A stretch of 64,000 bases of DNA from positions 6,935 to 70,934 of the forward strand of contig JABDAL010000004.1 in the NCBI GenBank assembly GCA_013289165.1, in the 5' to 3' direction. Positions 20,114-27,372 of this stretch are shown here, piece after piece. Under the pieces are notes generated by a model. That model searched no databases. It worked only from the letters and a program-made list of their open reading frames with translations, and was not told where the DNA came from. The translations under genes were made by a program, and so were the position numbers. Each line of letters starts with the position of its first letter. Positions within the stretch are counted from its first letter, which is position 1. This stretch comes from Bacteroidota bacterium (GTDB lineage: Bacteria > Bacteroidota > Bacteroidia > JABEUT01).

Positions 20114-20521
20114 TTAGCCTTGTATTTCGAGCGAAATGTTCGTATTTAAGACCTTTGAAACAGGGCAATTAGCCTTTGCGTCCGCTGCACACTTTTGAAA
20201 ATCTTCTGGGCTTATTCCGGCAACATTACCTTTTACAACCAATTTAGAGCTTGTTATAGCTCCGTTATCAAGCGTAATAGTACAGGTAGTTTCCAATGAA
20301 GTAACAGTAAAGTTTGCGGCACCTAATACAAAGCACAACTTCATAGTGAAGCAACCGGCATGGGCTGCGGCAATCAATTCCTCAGGATTGGTGCCTGTTC
20401 CACTTTCAAAACGGCTTTTGTAAGAGTATTGGGTATTATCGAGCGTATGGCTTTGTGTTGAGAGGGTGCCACTTCCTTCTTTTGCGGGGCCATTCCAAAT
20501 GGCGGTTGCTGTGCGTTCCAT
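20114..20521 (-). CDS. OsmC-family peroxiredoxin-like protein
   Basis: MERTATAIWNG..., AAAHAGCF and ANCPVS motifs. Start trimmed to the ATG at 20521. Confidence 0.85.
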   Translation of the reverse strand: MERTATAIWNGPAKEGSGTLSTQSHTLDNTQYSYKSRFESGTGTNPEELIAAAHAGCFTMKLCFVLGAANFTVTSLETTCTITLDNGAITSSKLVVKGNVAGISPEDFQKCAADAKANCPVSKVLNTNISLEIQG

Positions 20522-20585
20522 TTTATATATTTTACGCAATACTACGAAAAATAGTGAGCCCGTATGAGAGTTTACAATTGGTTAA

Positions 20586-21233
20586 CTAAAATTTAAAGCT
20601 AACCCCGATTGCTGCATCTGAGTAACCATAACCCAGTTCTAACCATAAACCGATTTTATTGGTTACAAAGTACCGGGCTCCTATATAAAGGCTAAATGCC
20701 ATGTAGCTGGAATAATTATTTACGTAATAAGTATAGTAGGGATTTCCAGGGACATTAAACTCCGGATCACTGCTTGTTTCTCTATAGCTAATGTCGTAGT
20801 AAGCCAGCATTACACCAACGTAAGGGTCAAACCTGTGCATAGTGGGTATCGCGAAGTGATAGGCACTGCGGAACCCTAGAATAACATAGTTCCACTTTTG
20901 GTCGTAGTAATATCCCGAATGGAAATCTGTATAGTCGTAGGAGATTCCTTTATAGGCCACAAGTGCACCCAGGCTAATGGTTCCGGGGCCTACGTTGCCA
21001 AAGGTTCCATTGTCATAGGTAAGTACAAAATTAGGGGTAGAGGTATAGCCATCGCCGAAATAGGTATAAGAACCTCCCAAGCCCAGCCCAATACTTAACA
21101 AATTGGTGCCTTTACCAAAACCCGGTGAATTATCACCGCCAGACGGCGTCTCAGATTGGGAATAAGCCATAGGGGATATCATAGTAAGTGCTCCTAAGCA
21201 TACCCCGCCGATAAGTAACTTCTTGGTTTTCAT
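20586..21233 (-). CDS. small outer-membrane beta-barrel protein (paralog 1)
   Basis: 215 aa with a signal peptide. Gly/Tyr-rich alternating strands and C-terminal ...GVSFKF. Confidence 0.6.
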   Translation of the reverse strand: MKTKKLLIGGVCLGALTMISPMAYSQSETPSGGDNSPGFGKGTNLLSIGLGLGGSYTYFGDGYTSTPNFVLTYDNGTFGNVGPGTISLGALVAYKGISYDYTDFHSGYYYDQKWNYVILGFRSAYHFAIPTMHRFDPYVGVMLAYYDISYRETSSDPEFNVPGNPYYTYYVNNYSSYMAFSLYIGARYFVTNKIGLWLELGYGYSDAAIGVSFKF

Positions 21234-21374
21234 TTATGTAGTTTGATTGGTTAATACTACATGCGAAATTAACCAAGCAAAGGGTCTTTAGTGAGAAAAA
21301 TAGACAAAACCCTAAAAAGGGGAGTTGAGGCAAAAAATCGGAACGATGAATAGAGCTACGAAATTGGAATCCCT

Positions 21375-22034
21375 CTAAAATTTATAGCTCATACCGAATG
21401 CCATGGAAGTGTATCCATAGCCAACTTCTATCCAAAAGCTTTCCCTTTTATTGAACCGGGAACGGATTCCGGCAAAAATACCGGGGGCAAAGAAGTTCTT
21501 ATAATCACTGGTGAAAAGGTAATACCCGGGGTCGCCCGGTTCGGAATAGTTAGGGTCGGTGCTGGTAAGCTTAAAATTAGTTATGTAATATGCCAGCATA
21601 GCCCCTGCATAGGGTTCAATTATGTTGCCGGGGAAGGAAGTAAGGCAATAAATAGCCCGTGCGCCTACAATATAATAGTCCCAGTTTTGCGTATAGGTAT
21701 AGCCAGTGGTGTAGTCCATATAGGGGCTATAGATTTGCTTATATGAAACCACTGCTCCCAGGCTTACAATGCCGGGGCCCGCATGTTTAAGGATAGTGTG
21801 GTCGTAGGAAAGAATAACACCGGGGTTTTCCTGGTAATAAACTCCGTTGTAGGGATAATAGCCACCAATACCAAACCCAAAGGAGAGCACATTGTTGAGA
21901 TTAGAGTAACTCGTTTGATTACCGCTCTCCGGACGTGTATATTGATAGGGGTTGTAGTCCTCCGTTTGTGCGAGACAAACAAAAGCCATTGCCATTGATA
22001 CCAATAATATGAAAAGCACTTTCGCGAATCTCAT
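21375..22034 (-). CDS. small outer-membrane beta-barrel protein (paralog 2)
   Basis: 219 aa. Aligns by eye with the 20586..21233 product (GPG.ISLGA.V.YK, DPY.G.MLAYY, ...YGY...A.G.S.KF). Confidence 0.6.
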   Translation of the reverse strand: MRFAKVLFILLVSMAMAFVCLAQTEDYNPYQYTRPESGNQTSYSNLNNVLSFGFGIGGYYPYNGVYYQENPGVILSYDHTILKHAGPGIVSLGAVVSYKQIYSPYMDYTTGYTYTQNWDYYIVGARAIYCLTSFPGNIIEPYAGAMLAYYITNFKLTSTDPNYSEPGDPGYYLFTSDYKNFFAPGIFAGIRSRFNKRESFWIEVGYGYTSMAFGMSYKF

Positions 22035-22191
22035 AAAGCAAAGCTAATTAAATTATGTTAACTATTTATGAGTTTTCGACAAAACTATGGTGGGGAGGGT
22101 TTAAATTCCTGTTTCGTAAAATTTGAGCCCAAGACCCGAAGTCAGGTTTTGACGAAAAAAACAATAAAATTCTATTAGATTGAAAAGTTTT

Positions 22192-22543
22192 ATGTCACGG
22201 TTTTTTACGGAATGGACAACGTGACATAAAGATAATAGGCTCACAAAACCAAGCCCTTAAGATAGCTTTGTACCGTGACGTATTTTTTGACACACCGTGA
22301 CATATCTTTTTACCAAGCAAATGTGTGACAATTGCTACACAAACACTACATACATAAATATATGGAAACCAATAAAATAATACAATTAACCTAGAGTAAT
22401 AAATTAGGCTTTAAAATAGGAGGGGAGCCGGCCCTAAAAGACAGAACCGTGATATAAAACTTATAAGGAGCAGGAGGACAGGAGATTGGGTATATGTTAC
22501 GAGCCCCGCCCAAACGTGCCGTTTATTCGGGCAAGCGTGACAT
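22192..22543. repeat. array of CGTGACAT-type 8-mers in a gene-free stretch
   Basis: Exact copies at 22220-22227, 22296-22303, 22536-22543 and, inverted, 22192-22199. Near copies at 22274-22281 (CGTGACGT), 22448-22455 (CGTGATAT) and 22324-22331 (TGTGACAA). Confidence 0.6.
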
Positions 22544-22632
22544 ATTTTACCGGGGTATTAAGAACAAGAGAATACGTTATGAGCTTCTGACTTTTATATT
22601 TGGTTTTAGTATCAGTTATCAAAAATGATGCC

Positions 22633-23058
22633 CTAACCAATAACCAAAAAGAGAGCTAAAATAGGAGAAGCGAAAAGTGTAAAAATTTTCCAAGCATTAT
22701 CAGGCTCTTTAATCCATGCTTTACATTTTTCCATGTATGTTTTTTCCTTGATAAGTTTATTTGAATAGCGGTCTTTCAAGTCTTGAATGTCTGTATGCAA
22801 ATACAATAATCTACTTCCATTTTTTTTTCGCCTTGTTTCTGAATTTTGTATTTTATTTCGGATGGTTTCCCAATCTTCTAAGAACTTATTGCATTCAATA
22901 ACGATTTTATTTGATAAGAAATGCTCTTGTTCTTTTGTGGTTACTCCGTCATTATTAACATAGAGAAATGCTGTATACCTTCCTTTTGCCTGTAAATCAT
23001 AGTACTTTACAGGATCAATTAAGTCATCAAAATATTGATTTTTATATTGTTCCTCTAA
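22633..23058 (-). pseudogene. 141-codon open frame with no usable start codon; likely the frameshifted C-terminal half of the 23055..23411 gene, ending in a TM anchor
   Basis: The frame is open from 23058 to the TAG at 22633-22635 (LEEQYKNQYFDD...WKIFTLFASPILALFLVIG). The first ATG/GTG/TTG is the TTG at 22806. The frame is -1 relative to, and abuts, the upstream ORF. Confidence 0.4.
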
Positions 23059-23411
23059 TCAGTATAAGATATAAATTTTTGGACTATTTCGCTGGCGTAA
23101 TTTATATAATCAATAAAAACATTAAAATAATCTTTTGATTCCGTATCGACTTTAGTAAGTAATTTTTTAGCTATTTCAACAGATTCACGGCTTAGAATTA
23201 ACTCTTCGCTTTCTATTTCTTTGGCGATTAAAAAAATATCACCATGCCCAGCAATAGGAATATACTTACCTCGTATTTTTTTTTCTTTAATTAAATATTG
23301 TGAAAACTCAAAAGCCATTTCATAAGTATAGCCTAATTTTTCAGCTATATTTCGTAAAGGTTGTAATTCATTTGAAACTAACGCCAAAAAGGCCTTTTCA
23401 CTTTCCCTCAT
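23055..23411 (-). CDS. hypothetical protein, winged-helix-like N-terminus (inference)
   Basis: 118 aa ORF in the AT-rich island. No homologue recognised. The segment LRNIAEKLGYTYEMAFEFSQYLIKEKKIRGKYIP looks like a helix-turn-helix plus wing. Confidence 0.45.
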   Translation of the reverse strand: MRESEKAFLALVSNELQPLRNIAEKLGYTYEMAFEFSQYLIKEKKIRGKYIPIAGHGDIFLIAKEIESEELILSRESVEIAKKLLTKVDTESKDYFNVFIDYINYASEIVQKFISYTD

Positions 23412-23543
23412 TTTGTGAAGGTAATATGATAAAGTGTAATTAAATTATAATATAGTACATACATATAAACAAACTTATTAACTAAGATTGTCCTGGAAAT
23501 ACAGTTTCAATCACGCATTTTTTGATGGGAGCGGGCTTAAGAT

Positions 23544-24272
23544 TTAGTTATATATACTATTTATACGCCTTTTCTTTTGGAGTACAAAAAGATAAGAATT
23601 AGGCTTTCCAAGTTTGAAAAACGACTGAAATACATTTAAGAAGTGCAAATAAACAGGTGATAAAATTGACAGTAATTTAGCATCCTTACGTTTATAGGAA
23701 CGAGTATAGGCCAATTTTACTGTTTTATCTACAAACCAACCCCGTGAAGAAAAATAACGTTGAAGTTGGTTTATGTCAAGAATAAGTTTGTTGACATCGG
23801 GATTATCCTTTTGAAAACGTTTAAAATGGACACTATTTATATTGGGAGCTACTATAAACAGCTTTCCGTCATCGCTCAAATTAATTCTTATGGCTTCAAG
23901 TATCTTATCTGGTTCGGGCAATAAAAAAAGAGAATTGATGATGCAAAAATATTTTACATCGGTATGCTTTTTTGCAATGTCTCTGATATCTGCAATATCA
24001 AAAAAAAGGTTAGGGCGAGAAATCTTTTTAGCTTTCTCAATAACGCCTGGATCAATATCATATCCATAAACAGTGAGATTTTTCAACTTGGCAAACTGCC
24101 AAGTACTATCACCATAACCGCATGGTGCATCTATTAACACAGCTTTCTCTTTACTAAGGAGTTTTATTATAGCGGATGTAAATACTCCCTGAGGATAGGA
24201 GAATCCCCGGTATTTTATGAGATGTACAATTGTGTTTACTGGAAGTATTTTCTTTAATGTTTCTTTGTTCAT
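23544..24272 (-). CDS. class I SAM-dependent methyltransferase (small-molecule/protein type rather than a DNA methyltransferase)
   Basis: 242 aa. Motif I VLIDAPCGYGDST, acidic loop YGYDID, post-I/II pattern IINSLFLLPEP. I see no DPPY/NPPY or TRD-like features. Confidence 0.75.
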   Translation of the reverse strand: MNKETLKKILPVNTIVHLIKYRGFSYPQGVFTSAIIKLLSKEKAVLIDAPCGYGDSTWQFAKLKNLTVYGYDIDPGVIEKAKKISRPNLFFDIADIRDIAKKHTDVKYFCIINSLFLLPEPDKILEAIRINLSDDGKLFIVAPNINSVHFKRFQKDNPDVNKLILDINQLQRYFSSRGWFVDKTVKLAYTRSYKRKDAKLLSILSPVYLHFLNVFQSFFKLGKPNSYLFVLQKKRRINSIYN

Positions 24273-24442
24273 ACGGAGTTAAAAGTGAGAGCAAGTGTTG
24301 TTTCTTTGGGTAGAAACACACAATTAAAATACATAACATGCAGGGAAGCAACAAGTTACTATTTAACATAATGAATCGTTATGAGCTCCCGTCCCCCGAA
24401 AAAAATGAAAATAGTAGTGGAGTGCAAGATACGAAAAAAATA

Positions 24443-25024
24443 CTATTTACGCAATGAGTCTTTTACAACATATTTGCGAGAAGCCTTTATTGTATCTTTT
24501 AATGGAATCCCAGATGTATTTTTTCCCTTTAATGTATCTTTCGATGTTTGTTGATAGCTGGGTAAAGGAATCACGTTTACGCAAGGGCAATAAAAAATCT
24601 TTATAGTAAGAACAAACAAAACATACATTGCGTTTATAGTAAACCCGATAGATGCGACTAAATTTGTTTTATACCAATACCATATCTTACCATACCATGT
24701 TGATGGATAGCCTCCTTTTTTAATAAAAACCCTACCATCAAATGTTATATGAAAACATTTAGTAACCTTTCCTAATAATTGAGCATTATCATTACAGGGT
24801 TGAATAAATTTTCGTCCATCTTCCCTGATTTCAAAATACATACATTCAATATATCCGTCTTTCCTTAATTTATCTACTATTAAATGTATTTCTTTTGCAT
24901 CCCCTTCAAAATCTACTTTATCTACTATGTCAGGAATAGTTTCCATTTCCGATTTTGGATGATTTAATGTTCTCAAAACGGAATTTAACTTTTGAGCAGA
25001 TGTATAGTTTGTTGGTTTTGTCAT
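24443..25024 (-). CDS. hypothetical membrane-anchored protein
   Basis: ATG at 25024 (the ORF track uses a TTG at 25072). Soluble N-terminal domain (IHLIVDKLRKDGYIE), an aromatic/basic stretch WYGKIWYWYK, one TM helix, and a Lys/Ser/Thr-rich tail. Confidence 0.5.
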   Translation of the reverse strand: MTKPTNYTSAQKLNSVLRTLNHPKSEMETIPDIVDKVDFEGDAKEIHLIVDKLRKDGYIECMYFEIREDGRKFIQPCNDNAQLLGKVTKCFHITFDGRVFIKKGGYPSTWYGKIWYWYKTNLVASIGFTINAMYVLFVLTIKIFYCPCVNVIPLPSYQQTSKDTLKGKNTSGIPLKDTIKASRKYVVKDSLRK

Positions 25025-25113
25025 TTTAGCAAAGGTAAACTTTTCTATATTTGTTCTTCCTTCTAAAATCAAACTATGGAATAATCACAGAAACTAACCA
25101 ATATTAGCGTTAG

Positions 25114-25234
25114 CTTACTTGCGACTGGAATTACAACAACCCCGGCAATTCACAAGAATAAGTCTATCGCTCACGTCTCGGCGTGGGCTTTACTTATTTG
25201 TGAATAGGGCGTTGTAACCCTCAGTTGCGATAAG
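25114..25234 (+). ncRNA. candidate structured RNA: ~120 nt imperfect rod-like hairpin
   Basis: Hand-folded stems: 25114-17/25231-34, 25119-27/25222-30, 25131-37/25211-17, 25148-55/25198-205, 25158-63/25192-97, 25169-75/25182-88. The three non-Watson-Crick pairs are all G-U on the plus strand. Confidence 0.35.
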
Positions 25235-25300
25235 ATAAACACCCACGCTGATTATTTTATAAACTACCTGTTTGGGTTGTTGGGGATAACATTAATCCCG

Positions 25301-25795
25301 ATGAAAATAATATTAACATTCCCTATCGTAGTTTTATTGTATCAAATACTATTCGATGGGTACAAAACATTAGCAGACTGGCACAAGATGCAGAAAGGGG
25401 AATTATTAGATATGAATGCCTGTTTCTATGTTGCACGTGACTTAACTCCACTTGAAATGAATTATAATATAATATTTGAAGTAGTTTATTTTATGCTATT
25501 CTTTTTCGGTAAATTATATACTTGGGGAATATTAATATGGTTTGCATTTAACTACAGTATCGTTATATCCATATTTGCTATAATCTCTCATATAATATTT
25601 CAAATTTGTCTTGGAATGATTGGCTCTCAAAATGGAATAGCCACAGATAACCCGTCTAAGTTTTTTAAAATATATGCAATACCATATCAAGGACGTATGG
25701 TTCAATTTTACTTATTTGGAATTCCATGCAGAATACTTTCTATACTGATTTTCCCTATTTACATTTTAATATTTACAAGTCTTGTACTTAAATAA
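25301..25795 (+). CDS. hypothetical polytopic membrane protein
   Basis: ATG at 25301 (the ORF track uses a TTG at 25277). Four to five hydrophobic helices. No family recognised. Confidence 0.5.
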   Translation: MKIILTFPIVVLLYQILFDGYKTLADWHKMQKGELLDMNACFYVARDLTPLEMNYNIIFEVVYFMLFFFGKLYTWGILIWFAFNYSIVISIFAIISHIIFQICLGMIGSQNGIATDNPSKFFKIYAIPYQGRMVQFYLFGIPCRILSILIFPIYILIFTSLVLK

Positions 25796-25799
25796 AAAA

Positions 25800-25819
25800 G
25801 GCGGTGTTATAGCACCGCC
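25800..25819. terminator. GC-rich hairpin, possibly a bidirectional terminator
   Basis: GGCGGTG-ttatag-CACCGCC lies 5 nt after the stop at 25795. An A6 run lies upstream, which gives a T run on the minus strand. There is no T run on the plus side. Confidence 0.4.
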
Positions 25820-25856
25820 CAGTCCATAGTCATCAACCTTCTAAAATCAACTAACT

Positions 25857-26171
25857 ATGAATACCGAAGAATTAAAATCACATTTTTTACAGTATCTTAA
25901 AAAAAACAATAAAGAAATGCCCGATGAATCCGATAATCTGCGCATAGATTTTATCACTCGAAAAATAATTGAAAGAAAAATAAAATGTAATGGTGAGTTT
26001 ATTTTAACGCCCTCTTTCAATTCGGATATTATCATAGCAACTATACTCGATGGCGTGAAAGGAGGAAATGGGATAGACATAATGAACACTAAGACTTTAC
26101 AACATTTTTTTGCAAATCATCCTGATGTACAAAAGATTGACTTATGGGGTGATGATGTCCGAAAATTTTAA
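25857..26171 (+). CDS. hypothetical protein
   Basis: 104 aa charged soluble-looking ORF. The antisense ORF 25847..26089 looks like its Phe/Leu/Ser/Ile-rich shadow. The strand choice is not certain. Confidence 0.4.
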   Translation: MNTEELKSHFLQYLKKNNKEMPDESDNLRIDFITRKIIERKIKCNGEFILTPSFNSDIIIATILDGVKGGNGIDIMNTKTLQHFFANHPDVQKIDLWGDDVRKF

Positions 26172-26394
26172 TGTCAACCATAGGGTCATTAACATTTGTT
26201 TGGTAAACAGAATTATCATCATACACTATTACTACATATTTTACAGATGGTAAATGAGTATTTTTAGCTAAATACGGTTTGCAATCCCAGTCTTTCTCGT
26301 TTAAATCTCTTTGTAAATTCATAGGCAATAGATATGATTTCCGTGCGATAGCACGCATTTTTTGATGGGTGACGGGGTTCCGCTCATAACGCAT
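26089..26394 (-). CDS. hypothetical protein (uncertain)
   Basis: 101 aa ORF converging on 25857..26171 and overlapping it by 83 nt. The ATG sits inside the left 19 bp direct repeat. Confidence 0.3.
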   Translation of the reverse strand: MRYERNPVTHQKMRAIARKSYLLPMNLQRDLNEKDWDCKPYLAKNTHLPSVKYVVIVYDDNSVYQTNVNDPMVDIKIFGHHHPISQSFVHQDDLQKNVVKS

Positions 26395-26410
26395 ATTATG
26401 TCAGCGACCT
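26392..26410 (+). repeat. 19 bp direct repeat, left copy (CATATTATGTCAGCGACCT)
   Basis: 17/19 identity with 26958-26976. The last 9 nt, CAGCGACCT, are identical. Confidence 0.7.
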
Positions 26411-26485
26411 TCAGGAGCGAATAAATAGCTTCTGGACGTGGTATGTTGATGATAGAAGTATCCACCTGCATTAATTCATTTTTGA

Positions 26486-26586
26486 GGTTGAAAGCCCAGT
26501 ACAGAATTTAGGAGAAATAAGTGAAGCCATGCTTCATTTATCCGTGCCGAACACCGTGAGGTAAATTCTGTACTGGGCTTTCAACC
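26486..26586. repeat. perfect 25 bp inverted repeat enclosing a 51 nt loop with a nested hairpin
   Basis: GGTTGAAAGCCCAGTACAGAATTTA (26486-26510) is the exact reverse complement of 26562-26586. Nested stem 26517-26526 / 26532-26541 (10 bp, one G-T). Confidence 0.8.
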
Positions 26587-26957
26587 GCTTGTCGGGAATT
26601 TGCGGGTAGACTTTTTTGATTAAAAGATAAACAGAGAAAAGGATACGGGTAGCAAATGAAGACAACAAAAATGAATTAACTACATGATAATGAGAAATAA
26701 GCTATTTAACATAATATAAATTATAAGACAATAGTATACTGTACCGCATACAAAGATACGAATTTTAGGGACTGTAGACATATTTCTTCATTATATGCAC
26801 GTCCGGTAAATCAGGCCCATGAATTTTTTATTAACACAATTTTAGGCCAGAAACGGAAACTACCTATTTTACAAGATATTTGGGATTCGTTTTTGAAAAT
26901 TATTGGGTTAGCTATACTTTTATTTATATAAAGTTAACAGTTATATGCATAATTTTA

Positions 26958-26976
26958 CATATTATTGCAGCGACCT
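26958..26976 (+). repeat. 19 bp direct repeat, right copy (CATATTATTGCAGCGACCT)
   Basis: Partner of 26392-26410. Lies 12 nt upstream of the ATG at 26989. Confidence 0.7.
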
Positions 26977-26988
26977 AAACCCTACTCT

Positions 26989-27372
26989 ATGTATCCCCGC
27001 AGTAAAGGCATATACCCAAGTTGGGTCAATGATAACGATATCATTAACCAGATTCTCCGCGAAATACTGGAAGAAAATGGCAGATTGCCCTATGCAAATG
27101 TCATTAAGTCGAACCAAAACCTGGGAACCCAAAAAAGGATAAAAGACATTTTAAGCAAGATGGCCAAAGAAGGATTGATTGTACACTCCCGCGATAATGA
27201 CCATCTTGAATTTGGCGAAGAAGGCGTACGGGCAGTTAATATTGGATATAGGCGGTACAAGAACCGGCGTAAATGGAATTTCTTATCCCGGATACAAAAC
27301 AGTATGTCATCTATTTTACTGGTAGCTCTTTCGGTGATGTTTGTTTTCCTTATTCTTCGCTTCCTGCGATAG
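26989..27372 (+). CDS. hypothetical tail-anchored protein with a winged-helix-like N-terminus (inference)
   Basis: ATG at 26989 (the ORF track uses a TTG at 26965). IKDILSKMAKEGLIVHSRDNDHLEF..., basic stretch GYRRYKNRRKWNF, then a C-terminal TM helix SSILLVALSVMFVFLILRFLR. Confidence 0.5.
   Translation: MYPRSKGIYPSWVNDNDIINQILREILEENGRLPYANVIKSNQNLGTQKRIKDILSKMAKEGLIVHSRDNDHLEFGEEGVRAVNIGYRRYKNRRKWNFLSRIQNSMSSILLVALSVMFVFLILRFLR

Noticed and set aside
22039-22046. TAnnTTTG match (TAGCTTTG, minus strand) in front of the OMP gene at 22034
   Set aside because: It ends only 4 nt from the ATG, so a transcript starting about 7 nt downstream would begin inside the start codon and would remove the signal peptide. 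It is probably fortuitous.
23040-23065. Programmed -1 ribosomal frameshift joining 23411..23055 to the start-less frame
   Set aside because: The -1 frame has a TGA at 23059-23061, so a shift would have to occur exactly at the GAT-TAG junction. There is no X-XXY-YYZ slippery heptamer there. A mutation or sequencing error is the simpler explanation.
23544-24272. Orphan DNA methyltransferase or restriction-modification remnant
   Set aside because: Only generic class I SAM-binding motifs are visible. I found no DPPY/NPPY/SPPY catalytic motif, no target-recognition domain and no nearby nuclease. A small-molecule or protein methyltransferase is more likely.
24359-24372. 14-bp exact repeat CTATTTAACATAAT, also at 26702-26715
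   Set aside because: In an AT-rich 5-kb region, a single 14-mer coincidence is not clearly beyond chance; my rough estimate is a few percent. The flanks do not align. I note it only as a possible shared minus-strand promoter or leader (ATTATGTTAAATAG).
25847-26089. 80-aa minus-strand ORF overlapping 25857..26171
   Set aside because: It is a Phe/Leu/Ser/Ile-rich mirror of the Lys/Glu/Asn-rich plus-strand ORF. I kept the plus-strand ORF. One caveat remains: the hairpin at 25800-25819 has its T run on the minus strand, so the coding strand here is not settled.
26486-26586. Possible CRISPR repeat or retron msr/msd
   Set aside because: There are only two copies and they are inverted, not direct with spacers. 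There are no cas genes. No reverse transcriptase ORF lies anywhere in the island, so a retron assignment has no support.
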